Of a stretch of DNA of 64,000 bases, positions 9,027 through 18,728 are shown in pieces. Location of the stretch: NCBI GenBank assembly GCA_037440465.1, contig JBBIUB010000005.1, forward strand, positions 9,521-73,520, given 5' to 3'. Within the stretch, counting starts at the first letter, position 1; every line of letters begins with the position of its first letter. The position numbers and the translations under genes are program-made. This stretch comes from Coprothermobacterota bacterium (GTDB taxonomy: Bacteria; Coprothermobacterota; HKB111). The notes beneath the pieces were generated by a model. It was given only the letters and a program-made list of their open reading frames with translations. It did not search any database and was not told the origin of the DNA.

Positions 9027-10354
9027 TCAAGCAGTTCCTTTTCAGTCTCTTCCATTCCTATACCCCTTGAACCCTTAATCAGTACCAGATCTCCAGTTTG
9101 AATCAGTTGCTTAAGCCTTTTACCAGCTTCTTGTGCTGTTGAAAAATGCTCTCCACCAGGAAATCCTCTAAGAAAAATAGATGCCTTCTCCCCTACTGTA
9201 AGTAATACATCAAATTTCATTTCTGAAATTATGGCTGCTATTTCATTATGCTCCTTTTCAGAAAAGGTTCCCAATTCTCTCATCTCACCAAGTACAAGAA
9301 TTTTTCTTCCCCCTTCTAACTCTTTAAACACCTTCAAAGAAACCCGAAGGGATAAAGGGTTGGAGTTGTAATAATCAACTATAACTGTAGCTCCTCTAAT
9401 AATTTTTCTTTCCATTCTTCCCCAGAGAGGTTGGAAATCTGATACTGCTTTAATCCCTTTACCTATTTCTATCCCGGTAAGATAGCCAGCAGCTAAGGCA
9501 CCCAGTGCATTCAGGGCTGAATGCTCTCCTAACATATATTTTAAGAAGAAGTTTATTCTACCTTCAGGAGTAAATGCTTCAACCTCTGTACCTCCATTCC
9601 TGAATATCGATTTTAAAAGACGAAAATCTACCCCTTCATACCCATAAGTGATTCGGGTGCAGGAACACTCAAGATTCTTGACAAAAGGATTATCAGCATT
9701 TATAACAACCCATCCTGGTGATGGTATGGATTTAACCATAATACCAGCTTCCTCTTCTTTCATTACCTCCAGAGATCCAAAATGCTCTATATGTGAAGGT
9801 CCCAGTGTTGTAACCACAACGCCATTTGGCTTGATAATGTCAAGAAGCACTTGAGCATCACCGACCTTCTGAGTACCATACTCTACTACTCTAATATCCT
9901 TTTTAGGATCTTCATTTAATAAATAAAGTGGTATTCCAATTTCAGTATTCATATTTCCAGGAGTAGCACTAACTCTGTATTTATTCTTGAGTACTTCTTT
10001 GACCATTTCTTTGGTAGTAGTCTTCCCAGAGCTGCCACATACTCCTATGGTAAAAACAGGTGAATCGTTGGCTAAATACTTGCCTAAATTAATTAAAGAT
10101 TCAAGACTATTATTTACAACTATTTCTACCGGGAAAATTCCTACTCTACGATCAAGAAGGGCTCCTCTTGCTCCTTTTCTAAAAGCATCTTCACAATAAA
10201 GGTGACCATCAGTCTTCTTCCCTTTAAGTGCAATAAAAAAAGAACCTTCTTCTATTTCTCGTGAATCTGTAGAAAAATGAGAAAAGAGTGAATCACCATC
10301 ACCAGAAAGGGAACCACAAACCGTTTTAGCAATACTTGAAGCTTCAAGAACCAT
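9023..10354 (-). CDS. murF: UDP-MurNAc-tripeptide--D-Ala-D-Ala ligase
   Basis: TDSR, DGH, GSSGKTTTKEM, GNMNTEIGIP, YNSNP, GEMRELG, KGSRG. Confidence 0.92.
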   Translation of the reverse strand: MVLEASSIAKTVCGSLSGDGDSLFSHFSTDSREIEEGSFFIALKGKKTDGHLYCEDAFRKGARGALLDRRVGIFPVEIVVNNSLESLINLGKYLANDSPVFTIGVCGSSGKTTTKEMVKEVLKNKYRVSATPGNMNTEIGIPLYLLNEDPKKDIRVVEYGTQKVGDAQVLLDIIKPNGVVVTTLGPSHIEHFGSLEVMKEEEAGIMVKSIPSPGWVVINADNPFVKNLECSCTRITYGYEGVDFRLLKSIFRNGGTEVEAFTPEGRINFFLKYMLGEHSALNALGALAAGYLTGIEIGKGIKAVSDFQPLWGRMERKIIRGATVIVDYYNSNPLSLRVSLKVFKELEGGRKILVLGEMRELGTFSEKEHNEIAAIISEMKFDVLLTVGEKASIFLRGFPGGEHFSTAQEAGKRLKQLIQTGDLVLIKGSRGIGMEETEKELLE

Positions 10355-11108
10355 TGTTATTACAAAACTCTACCTTTTGGGCAAAAACCAGCATTCTTGG
10401 AGTTTCCAGATTGAATTCTCCCCCACAATAATCGCCATACACAGAAGTAAAATGAAACCCAGTTTTTTCCAATAACCATTTTAGTTCAGTTAGTGTGTAA
10501 AGGCGGAGTTCTCTCCTAACCTCCTTCTGTTTACCATCTTTAATATAGATTCTCTTGGTTCGCTGTACACCATTAATAATATCGAAATTATGACGTTCCA
10601 GCATTAAAAAAGATGGGTATTCTCTAATCATATCTGTTTTGAAGTACTTAATAATATGGTCTCTATTTTCCAGATCCAAAAAAATAAATCCACCTGTCTT
10701 TAATACCCTGTAAGCTTCTTTTAGAACTTTGAGATTATCTTCTTCAGAGAAATATCCAAAAGTGGTAAAAAAGGATGTTACCAGCGTGAATTGCTCATCT
10801 GAGAAGGGGAGCTTTCTCATATCACCTTCCACAAGATTAATACTTAAGTTAAGCTCCCTTGACCTTTTTAAACCTTCTTCAAGATAGGTTTTATTTAAGT
10901 CAAGTCCTGTAGCTACATAACCAGCCTTAGAAAAAAGTAAAATATGCCTTCCATAACCACAACCAAGGTCTAAAATTCCCTCATCCTTTGTTAATGAAGT
11001 TATTCTGGATACAAAATCTACCTGTTGAGCTGTTCTTTCAGGATCATCCTTAAGTGAAAGAAGCCAGATATAATCTTGATCAAAATAGTCAATAAACCAG
11101 TTTTCCAA
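10344..11108 (-). CDS. Class I SAM-dependent methyltransferase
   Basis: ILDLGCGYGRH, GLDLN, GDMRKLPF, RVLKTGG. Confidence 0.9.
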   Translation of the reverse strand: MENWFIDYFDQDYIWLLSLKDDPERTAQQVDFVSRITSLTKDEGILDLGCGYGRHILLFSKAGYVATGLDLNKTYLEEGLKRSRELNLSINLVEGDMRKLPFSDEQFTLVTSFFTTFGYFSEEDNLKVLKEAYRVLKTGGFIFLDLENRDHIIKYFKTDMIREYPSFLMLERHNFDIINGVQRTKRIYIKDGKQKEVRRELRLYTLTELKWLLEKTGFHFTSVYGDYCGGEFNLETPRMLVFAQKVEFCNNNGS

Positions 11109-11109
11109 C

Positions 11110-12330
11110 CTACTTAAATGATGAAAGGGATAACTTTAATACCCTTCCTTTTGCGCCAACTCCGATGAAATCACCCCAGGAAAACACAGAAAAAACAGGA
11201 ATTTTAAGAGTATAGGTTCCAATTCGTTCATAAGCTTTATTTACTGAAGAGTTATACGCCTCAAGATTCCACATATAATTACCTGTTTCTATATCCATAT
11301 CCCCACGATATGAAATCACCAGAGTACCATCATCCATAAAAGTTACAGTCTCTGCTCTAATAATATTGTTTACCACTTCTTTTTCCCATAATATAGACAG
11401 GTTACCATCACTGCTTATTAAATTAACTTGAATTATATGATCAGGACCTCTTTCATAATGGGTAACAAGGGTATAAATATCTTTATCAGGATGACTGAAC
11501 AAACTTAAGAAATTTCTTTTCAAGCTTAAAGATTGACCATCGTTTCTGTTAATTGTAACCGTATTATCTGAATTTATTGTTACAGCTAAGATTTTACCGT
11601 TTTTTGTAAAAAGGAAATCTTTGATAAATGGTAAATTCCAGATTTTTTTACCATCCAGGGAGTAAATACCGGTATCTGATGAATAATATATTTCTGGTCC
11701 TGAGATTGATTTATATAGTTTATGAGGAATCTCATTAAGGGGAATTCTTTCAATGATTTCGCTCTGGGATATACTAACTTTATAGACGATCCCGCCAGTA
11801 TCTTTACTTATACCACCGACGAGAAGGTTATCTTCATCCTGAAATACGATAGAGGTAAGTTCATCAGGGTGGAAATCATAGTAGAGTGTCTCTCCTTTAG
11901 CAGAAAAAACTCCTACGCTTCTGTCTTTACCGGAAAAAGCAAATTTATCTAATGAAGTTTTAAGCCCCACCAGATTGGTAGGTGCATAAACTTCACGAAA
12001 CTCACCTTTATTATCTATAATATAACAGCGATTAGCCATTTGAGAATGAATAATAACAGCTTCATTAGTATTAATAGCCAAACCGTAGTCTGACCAGGCT
12101 TCAAGATATACCGGGTTACCCTGAGGATCAGTCATCTCCAGTTTGGGTAAAGATATATCGAGTTCACCTATCTTACCCGAGGTATCAGGCTTTACATTAC
12201 CTGCAAACCACGGAATAAGACCTCGGTCTTTCAGAATAAGATAAGTACCTAATAGAATTAATAGAACAGCCACACAGGAAATGGCTATTATTTTAGAAGA
12301 TTTTATAGTAATCTTTTCCTTATAAACCAA
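11110..12330 (-). CDS. Hypothetical membrane-anchored protein (possible beta-propeller)
   Basis: 406 aa with a single N-terminal TM helix and repeated short beta-strand-like segments. Confidence 0.65.
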   Translation of the reverse strand: MVYKEKITIKSSKIIAISCVAVLLILLGTYLILKDRGLIPWFAGNVKPDTSGKIGELDISLPKLEMTDPQGNPVYLEAWSDYGLAINTNEAVIIHSQMANRCYIIDNKGEFREVYAPTNLVGLKTSLDKFAFSGKDRSVGVFSAKGETLYYDFHPDELTSIVFQDEDNLLVGGISKDTGGIVYKVSISQSEIIERIPLNEIPHKLYKSISGPEIYYSSDTGIYSLDGKKIWNLPFIKDFLFTKNGKILAVTINSDNTVTINRNDGQSLSLKRNFLSLFSHPDKDIYTLVTHYERGPDHIIQVNLISSDGNLSILWEKEVVNNIIRAETVTFMDDGTLVISYRGDMDIETGNYMWNLEAYNSSVNKAYERIGTYTLKIPVFSVFSWGDFIGVGAKGRVLKLSLSSFK

Positions 12331-12388
12331 TTTACACCACCTTTTTTAATTAATGTTATTAATCCTTCTCCTTTTTAGTTTCTTTGTA

Positions 12389-12541
12389 GGGCTTGAGGGT
12401 TCAAGGATTCAAGGGTTCGAGTAAAATTCATAAAAAAACAACTCCTTGACCACTTAAACACTTGTACTCTATATTTCTCACTCACTTAAATCCTTGACTC
12501 CTGGACCCATTGAATCCTATTTTCCTAGCTCCCTTAAACCA
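12389..12541. repeat. Inverted tandem 8-mer array (GGRTTCAA family)
   Basis: Four forward units (12389-12420) and eight inverted units in three blocks separated by 16-nt linkers (12446-12541). Confidence 0.85.
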
Positions 12542-12620
12542 TCTCAATAAAGCAACTAATTTGGAGATCATCCATGTAATATATATTATATTATACTACT
12601 TATAAAAGGTGAGTAATTAG

Positions 12621-14924
12621 ATGCCAAAATTAATAATAACTGAAAAAGAAAGTGTAGCTGATGCGATAGCCAGAACACTTGGGCTTGAAAAAGAAAAGGA
12701 TAGCTACTTTGAAGGAAAGGGGTATATTATGTCCTGGGCTTCAGGGCATCTAATAGAGCTGTCCGAACCAGAAGATTATGCAAAGAAATATAGTTTCTGG
12801 ACTTTAAAAGACCTTCCAATAATTCCAGAAACCTTTATACTGAAAGCAAAGAAGAATAGACAGCTTAATACACTAACTAAACTTTTAAAGAGAAAAGATA
12901 TAGACGTGGTAATTAATGCTTGTGATGCTGGACGAGAAGGCGAGCTTATATTCAGGTACATATATGAATTTTCAAAGAACAAAAAACCAGTAGAGCGATT
13001 GTGGTTAAATGCGCTAACTCCAGAAGCTATCCTGAATGCCTTTTCAATTCTTAAGGAACAAAGTGAATATGACCCTCTTTATGAGGCTGCAAGATGTAGG
13101 GCAGAATCTGATTGGCTTGTGGGAATGAATTGCACGCGTGCTTTTACAGTAAAACATGGACTCCTGCTTTCTGTGGGAAGGGTACAAACACCTACACTTT
13201 CTATTATAGCAAAAAGGGATTTAGAAATTAAATCTTTTATACCAACAAAATTCTTTGAAATTTGGGCTATTTTTGAGAGTAAGAAAGGTCAGTACAAAGG
13301 AAAATGGAAAAATAAAGAAGACAGGCTTTATAAAGAAGAAGATGCAGAGAAAATAAGAAATAAGGTAGAAGGCAAGAATGGATTCGTAAAATCATACACT
13401 GAAAAGGAAGAAAAGGTTGTTCCACCATTACTCTTTGATTTGGGTTCTCTACAACGAGATGCTAGTCAAAGATTTGGATTCTCAGCTTCTAGAACACTTA
13501 AGATAGCCCAGAGTCTCTATGAAAATAGAAAGCTTATCACATATCCCAGAACAGATAGTAAATATTTACCTACTTCATATATCTCAGAGAGCACAACCAC
13601 ACTTAAAGCCTTAAACATTTCTCCTTATTCTAACTGGGTAGAATCTATCCTTAAAAAGAAAATCTCTATAAATCCCAGAATCTTCAATGATGCTAAAGTA
13701 ACAGACCATCACGCTATAGTCCCAACTACCCTTAAACCTGATATAGAAGGATTAAGTAGAGAAGAACTTAAATTATATGACCTCATAGCCAAACGCTTCA
13801 TCAGTGTCTTTCTTCCTTTTGATATTTATAATAAAGTTAATATAGAAACTATTGTCGATGGTGAATTATTTATTACCACTGAAAAAGAGCTAATAAAAGC
13901 TGGATGGTCTTCTATTTATGGCAAAGAAGGTAAATTAACTAAATATGCACTCAAACTTACAAAAAATGAAGAAGTAAAAACTCTTGATGTTTCTTTAGAA
14001 GAGGGGATTACAACGCCTCCCCCAAGGTTAACTGATGGAACCCTTATATCAGCCATGGAATCAGCCGGTCGTTTGGTTGAAGAAGAAGAGCTTAAAGACG
14101 CCTTGAAAGATAAAGGCCTAGGGACACCAGCTACCAGATCCCAGATTATTGAAAGATTGATAGAGGTTCAATATATTGAAAGAGATGGTCCAAATTTAGT
14201 TGTAACACCCAAAGGAATGGAGTTTATCTCGCTACTGGAAGGCCAACACAGAGAATTAGCCTCTCCTGAACTCACAGCTGAGTGGGAATATAGATTAAAG
14301 TTAATTGAACGGTCTATGGAAAAAAGAGATAAATTTATGGATGATATAAAATATTTCGTAAACTCCGTTGTTGAAAAAATAAAAACAACTAATAGAAATC
14401 AGTATCTAAAAGCTACTGTAAGAAGAGTTGTAGGAATTTGCCCTTTATGCGGTAAAGAGGTTAGAGAAAATAGAAAAGCCTTTGCTTGTGATAGCTTCAA
14501 AACAGGATGTCCTGTAACAATTTGGAAAAAAAGTTATGGAAGAAACATCACCTTTCTGGAAGCTGAGGAACTCCTCGCTTCAAAGAAAATAGGACCACTG
14601 AGGTTTAGGTCAAAAGCCGGAAAGTTATACAGTGCTTATTTAATACTTGGTAACGAGGGAGTTAGAATTGAATTTTCCCAGAAGTTTCTTCCAGTAGAGA
14701 CCCAGAATAAACCAGCCAAGAGAAAAACTCATAGAAAGAAACCAGATATAAAGAAAGCAGTTGAAGAAAAACCTTTCGTTGAAAATAACAACCATGACAT
14801 CAGTAGCGGGGTCAAGGAGCCAGAAATCATTTCTAAACAGAATCTCGTGAAAAAGGATAAAAGCCCTGTCAAAACTAAAAAAAGCCCAAGCCCCAGAAAT
14901 AAGAAGAAGAATCAAGCTGATTAA
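12621..14924 (+). CDS. topB: DNA topoisomerase III (type IA)
   Basis: TEKESVA, NACDAGREGELI, SVGRVQTPTL, ITYPRTD, DHHAIVPT, GLGTPATR, C-terminal CPLCG zinc ribbon. Confidence 0.93.
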   Translation: MPKLIITEKESVADAIARTLGLEKEKDSYFEGKGYIMSWASGHLIELSEPEDYAKKYSFWTLKDLPIIPETFILKAKKNRQLNTLTKLLKRKDIDVVINACDAGREGELIFRYIYEFSKNKKPVERLWLNALTPEAILNAFSILKEQSEYDPLYEAARCRAESDWLVGMNCTRAFTVKHGLLLSVGRVQTPTLSIIAKRDLEIKSFIPTKFFEIWAIFESKKGQYKGKWKNKEDRLYKEEDAEKIRNKVEGKNGFVKSYTEKEEKVVPPLLFDLGSLQRDASQRFGFSASRTLKIAQSLYENRKLITYPRTDSKYLPTSYISESTTTLKALNISPYSNWVESILKKKISINPRIFNDAKVTDHHAIVPTTLKPDIEGLSREELKLYDLIAKRFISVFLPFDIYNKVNIETIVDGELFITTEKELIKAGWSSIYGKEGKLTKYALKLTKNEEVKTLDVSLEEGITTPPPRLTDGTLISAMESAGRLVEEEELKDALKDKGLGTPATRSQIIERLIEVQYIERDGPNLVVTPKGMEFISLLEGQHRELASPELTAEWEYRLKLIERSMEKRDKFMDDIKYFVNSVVEKIKTTNRNQYLKATVRRVVGICPLCGKEVRENRKAFACDSFKTGCPVTIWKKSYGRNITFLEAEELLASKKIGPLRFRSKAGKLYSAYLILGNEGVRIEFSQKFLPVETQNKPAKRKTHRKKPDIKKAVEEKPFVENNNHDISSGVKEPEIISKQNLVKKDKSPVKTKKSPSPRNKKKNQAD

Positions 14925-15317
14925 ACCTCCATAAAGGAATGATTCAGAATATTTTAAAGGAGGTTTTATTTTCATAATTAGAATCATGGCAAGAAAGGCT
15001 GATAGTTTCAAGAAGATTCCTTGTATGATTAATTTACGCACATCTTTTAGATGAATCATTTCTATGTCATTAAAAAGTGTAATATTTCCCTTTTCAGAAA
15101 TAAAATATAACTCATCGGAGGTTCTAAAAGAGAAAAAGAATTTCATTAAACCCATATACAGAGATAGTGGATTAATCGTTTGATAAAGACCTGCTTCTTT
15201 GAGTGTTCCTAACCTTGTTAACTCGCAGGTATAGAGAAAAGGATTCAAGGCTACCAGAAAAGTGGAACTAAGGATAATAATTACTATAAAAAGTGTTAGT
15301 GTAATAAGAACACGCAA
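14640..15317 (-). CDS. Integral membrane protein, TIGR01906/DUF1461 family
   Basis: EMIHLKDVRKL and FDRAFILFHEILFRNDFWLLDPATD motifs; about four TM segments. Confidence 0.85.
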   Translation of the reverse strand: MRVLITLTLFIVIIILSSTFLVALNPFLYTCELTRLGTLKEAGLYQTINPLSLYMGLMKFFFSFRTSDELYFISEKGNITLFNDIEMIHLKDVRKLIIQGIFLKLSAFLAMILIMKIKPPLKYSESFLYGGLISLILLLISGAWAFFSFDRAFILFHEILFRNDFWLLDPATDVMVVIFNERFFFNCFLYIWFLSMSFSLGWFILGLYWKKLLGKFNSNSLVTKY

Positions 15318-15325
15318 TATTACAA

Positions 15326-16483
15326 TTATAACTCCTGTTCATCAATATGTCTGATTAAGTAATCAACGAATTTGAAAGCCTCGTTAAGAGTAGTTGGGTT
15401 AACGTTGTCATAAGTATCTGTATACCAGTGCCAGTTGGGAATAATTCCCTTATCGTCGGTAGCTATAACAGTCATAGCCCGATACCCACGAATTAAAAAA
15501 GGTAAGGCATCGGTAGAAAGGGTTCTATAGGAAAAAGGTGTGATAGATAATTCAGAATGCTTGCTTCTTACTTCATCTGCTAACCTTAATAGATTGGTAT
15601 CCACCGGGATAGAAAACAGGACACCTTCTGAAACAGTGTAATGGAGCTTGCAGCAACCAACATTATCTACATTAATAATGAATGAATTTTGAAAACTGTT
15701 TTTGTATTTCTTTGAGAAGAGAAGACTGCCATATGTGCCTGTTTCCTCTGCACCAGTAAAAAGGAAAGAAACAGAAGTTTTCAAAAGACTCTCCTTACTC
15801 AAGCTTTCAATTAATCCCAGGAGAACCGCCACTCCTGAAGCATTATCAGAGGCTCCTTTAGTGTGTGTATAAAAGAACTCTCGTACTATAAGAAGAACTC
15901 CAGTTACAAAAACATAGAGAAAACCCGCGCAAATCAGTATATAAAGAGGTAGCAAAGATATTATTGAGTAAATCAAGATAAGTAAAGGCACCAGAAAAAG
16001 CACGGCTTGCTGTAGAAGAAATGTTGTTCTGAACCCCTTAACCATAGAAGGTGAAAAGTAAGATGCTGCCTTTGAGGAGTCAATATGCGCAACGAGTAGA
16101 ATCTTTTGTTCAGTAGAACCAGTTGGATCAATTTCACAGGTTATATTTGCGGTTTTAGTGCGATCTGGTGTTAATAAACTGAAAAGACCCCAATAAGTAT
16201 AGAGTTCAAGGATATAAAAAACCAGTATCGTTATAATAACAGGAAGCCACAATATGTTTAGAGTCTTTAGAAATAGTATGTTTACTACAAGGTAAATACT
16301 ATAAAAGATGATATAAACCCAACTAAAGGTAGCTTGAGCTGTGAAATATTCTTCTTTTCCTTTTATTCCATTTCTATTAAGAAAATCAAATATATATTTC
16401 CTGGCTTTTACTTCTCCTGGGGTTCCTGTTCCGCGTGGACCAATCTCCTCAGCTAACGCAAAAACATGTTTCAATAAATCCAT
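15326..16483 (-). CDS. M28 family metallopeptidase with TM insertions
   Basis: GPRGTGT, AHIDS, GASDNASG, AEETG, NVDNVG, WHWYTD. Confidence 0.88.
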   Translation of the reverse strand: MDLLKHVFALAEEIGPRGTGTPGEVKARKYIFDFLNRNGIKGKEEYFTAQATFSWVYIIFYSIYLVVNILFLKTLNILWLPVIITILVFYILELYTYWGLFSLLTPDRTKTANITCEIDPTGSTEQKILLVAHIDSSKAASYFSPSMVKGFRTTFLLQQAVLFLVPLLILIYSIISLLPLYILICAGFLYVFVTGVLLIVREFFYTHTKGASDNASGVAVLLGLIESLSKESLLKTSVSFLFTGAEETGTYGSLLFSKKYKNSFQNSFIINVDNVGCCKLHYTVSEGVLFSIPVDTNLLRLADEVRSKHSELSITPFSYRTLSTDALPFLIRGYRAMTVIATDDKGIIPNWHWYTDTYDNVNPTTLNEAFKFVDYLIRHIDEQEL

Positions 16484-16612
16484 GTTAGTCTCTCCTCATT
16501 TATTCTATTATTCATTATTTTACATTATTTATTGGCAAATTATGGGCCTTCCTTATTGACCAATAATAAGAAAACAGGTAAAATAAAGAAAACTACCAAA
16601 AAGGAGGTATTT

Positions 16613-17104
16613 ATGAGGAAAATAATACTAAGAATAGTGATTATTACACTGGTTCTGGCAACAGGTTTTTTCTTTTTTACCAGCCTTGACCGGGGTTTTA
16701 TTCAAGCACAGAGCTCTTCTAGCCCAGGGTCACCAACAGATCCTCTGGTTTCTAAGTCTTATGTAGATGGTAAAATCAACGAAGTAATGAAGGAAATTAA
16801 TCAACTCAAAAATGAGATAAACCTTCTTAAAACCCAGAATAAGGTTTTCCTTGATGAGCTTGCTACCATAAAAAAGCAGATAAGTACTCTTGGTGGTGGA
16901 GGAACTACTCAGCAAAAAGGAGTAGTAACTGCGCAAACATTAAATGTTAGAAAGGGGCCAGGGACAAATTATGAGCGAATAACAGTCATTAACCTTGGAA
17001 CAGAAGTAACTATCCTAAAAAAAGAAGGAAATTGGTTATTCATTAAACTTAAAGATGGGAAAGAAGGATGGGCACACGCAGGATTTATAAAAATATTGCC
17101 CTGA
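16613..17104 (+). CDS. Secreted coiled-coil + SH3b domain protein
   Basis: AGGAGG RBS before ATG 16613; signal peptide, PGSPTDPLVSKSYVD, coiled coil, LNVRKGPGTNY...W...GW SH3b motif. Confidence 0.85.
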   Translation: MRKIILRIVIITLVLATGFFFFTSLDRGFIQAQSSSSPGSPTDPLVSKSYVDGKINEVMKEINQLKNEINLLKTQNKVFLDELATIKKQISTLGGGGTTQQKGVVTAQTLNVRKGPGTNYERITVINLGTEVTILKKEGNWLFIKLKDGKEGWAHAGFIKILP

Positions 17105-18669
17105 TTTCAATAATTTTCTTTCTAATAATCTTTCCTCAGGGCGTTTCTTCATCAACTCAACCTATCAAAATTGGCCTGGCTGTCAGCCAGTTAGAAAATA
17201 TTTTATCCATAAATCAGGGTATTTACTTCCTGGAGATAAGTATGACTGGAGAAATGGCTGCTTTTAATGATGGTAGTTCCATACCAATTAGAATAAGTAA
17301 TCGCAATGAATCCACATACTCTATTATGATTGGAGCATTTCCTCGGCTTGGCTTATATCCTTATGAAGGAGAAGAAGGAGCCTTAAAAGCCCTTATAAAA
17401 TTGAAAGAGTTAGGTTTTCAGGGAACAATTGTAGCTTTTAATCTGATACCTGGTTATGTAATTGAAGTAGGGAGATTTAATGACCTCCTCGAAGCTGAGC
17501 TTTTCCGTTTACGAATTGCACAATACTTTCCAGAAGCAACCATCCTTCCTACCTTGAGAAAAGGTTTAACTATTACACACCCTGACTTTGAAATCTTTTT
17601 CCCTACCTTTGAAAATCAACCTTTACAGAATTTAGCTTCATTAAAACCCTTCGGGTCGGGACTTATAAGTTTAAACAAAAAACTTTACCGAGGAGCGATG
17701 AATATTGTCTGGTCCTCAAACCAAGAGAATTTCCACTTAATAAACGAGCTCCCAATTGAAGAATATCTTCTGGGTGTTGTTCCTTCTGAAATGCCTGATT
17801 CTTTCCTTATTGAAGCCTTGAAGACTCAGGCCATAACTGCCAGAACCTATGCCCTAAAAAATAGAGGACGTTTTGCTAAAGAAGGGTATGATCTGTGCGA
17901 TACTTCACTAAGCCAGGTCTATGGTGGTTTTAGCGCAGAAAAACCTAATAGCACTCAAGCAGTGAAGGACACCTTCGGGATAGTACTAAGCTACCAGAAT
18001 CAGCTTGCAAACACATTCTACCACTCTACTTCTGGTGGAAAGACTGAGAAAATAGAAAACGTATGGGGAGGTTCTCCAATTCCCTATCTTGTATCTGTAG
18101 AAAGTCCTTATGAAACTATGTCGCCCCACTATGAATGGGTAAGAACCTTTTCATCCTCTGAAACCAGTTCAAAGATTAACCGGCTGCTCTCAGATAGAGG
18201 ATTGAAAGCTATCGGAAATGTAGTAAACATTCAGGTTTTAACCAGAGGAGCCTCACCACGAATCATAACTGCCCGCATAACGGGTGATAAAGACAATGTT
18301 GAAGTTAGTGGTGGTTTCCTCAAGTCTGCACTTGGATTAAGAGAAACTTGGGCCTATTTTGAATTTGATGGGGGTCCTGGAAAAATTGTCAATATAATAG
18401 GTAAAGATAATATTATTTACGAAAGGATCCTTGGCGAAGTACTTAATAATACACTTTTAACAGGATTAAACAGTATAACTCTTAGGGGAAAAGAAATAGA
18501 AACAAGAATATCTCTCAATTGGCAGATCATGACGGTCAAAGGAAGGGGTTGGGGACATGGCGTTGGTATGTCTCAATGGGGTGCCTATGGGATGTCCCAG
18601 GCAGGTTGGAATTATGAAAAAATTCTTGGTCATTTTTATCCAGGTACTTTTTTAAACAAGATATATTAA
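17068..18669 (+). CDS. SpoIID/LytB domain protein (peptidoglycan lytic transglycosylase-like)
   Basis: EEYLLGVVPSEMP, EALKTQAITARTY, DLCDTSLSQVYGG, YHSTSGG, GWGHGVGMSQWGA. Confidence 0.93.
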   Translation: MGTRRIYKNIALISIIFFLIIFPQGVSSSTQPIKIGLAVSQLENILSINQGIYFLEISMTGEMAAFNDGSSIPIRISNRNESTYSIMIGAFPRLGLYPYEGEEGALKALIKLKELGFQGTIVAFNLIPGYVIEVGRFNDLLEAELFRLRIAQYFPEATILPTLRKGLTITHPDFEIFFPTFENQPLQNLASLKPFGSGLISLNKKLYRGAMNIVWSSNQENFHLINELPIEEYLLGVVPSEMPDSFLIEALKTQAITARTYALKNRGRFAKEGYDLCDTSLSQVYGGFSAEKPNSTQAVKDTFGIVLSYQNQLANTFYHSTSGGKTEKIENVWGGSPIPYLVSVESPYETMSPHYEWVRTFSSSETSSKINRLLSDRGLKAIGNVVNIQVLTRGASPRIITARITGDKDNVEVSGGFLKSALGLRETWAYFEFDGGPGKIVNIIGKDNIIYERILGEVLNNTLLTGLNSITLRGKEIETRISLNWQIMTVKGRGWGHGVGMSQWGAYGMSQAGWNYEKILGHFYPGTFLNKIY

Positions 18670-18673
18670 ATAC

Positions 18674-18699
18674 TTGAGGGGCCCCAAAGAGCCCCCCAA
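18674..18699. terminator. Hairpin between convergent genes (putative intrinsic terminator)
   Basis: TTGAGGGGC-cccaaaga-GCCCCCCAA stem-loop 5 nt after the SpoIID stop. Confidence 0.55.
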
Positions 18700-18728
18700 A
18701 TCAACTTTTAATTTATAATAACCTGATT

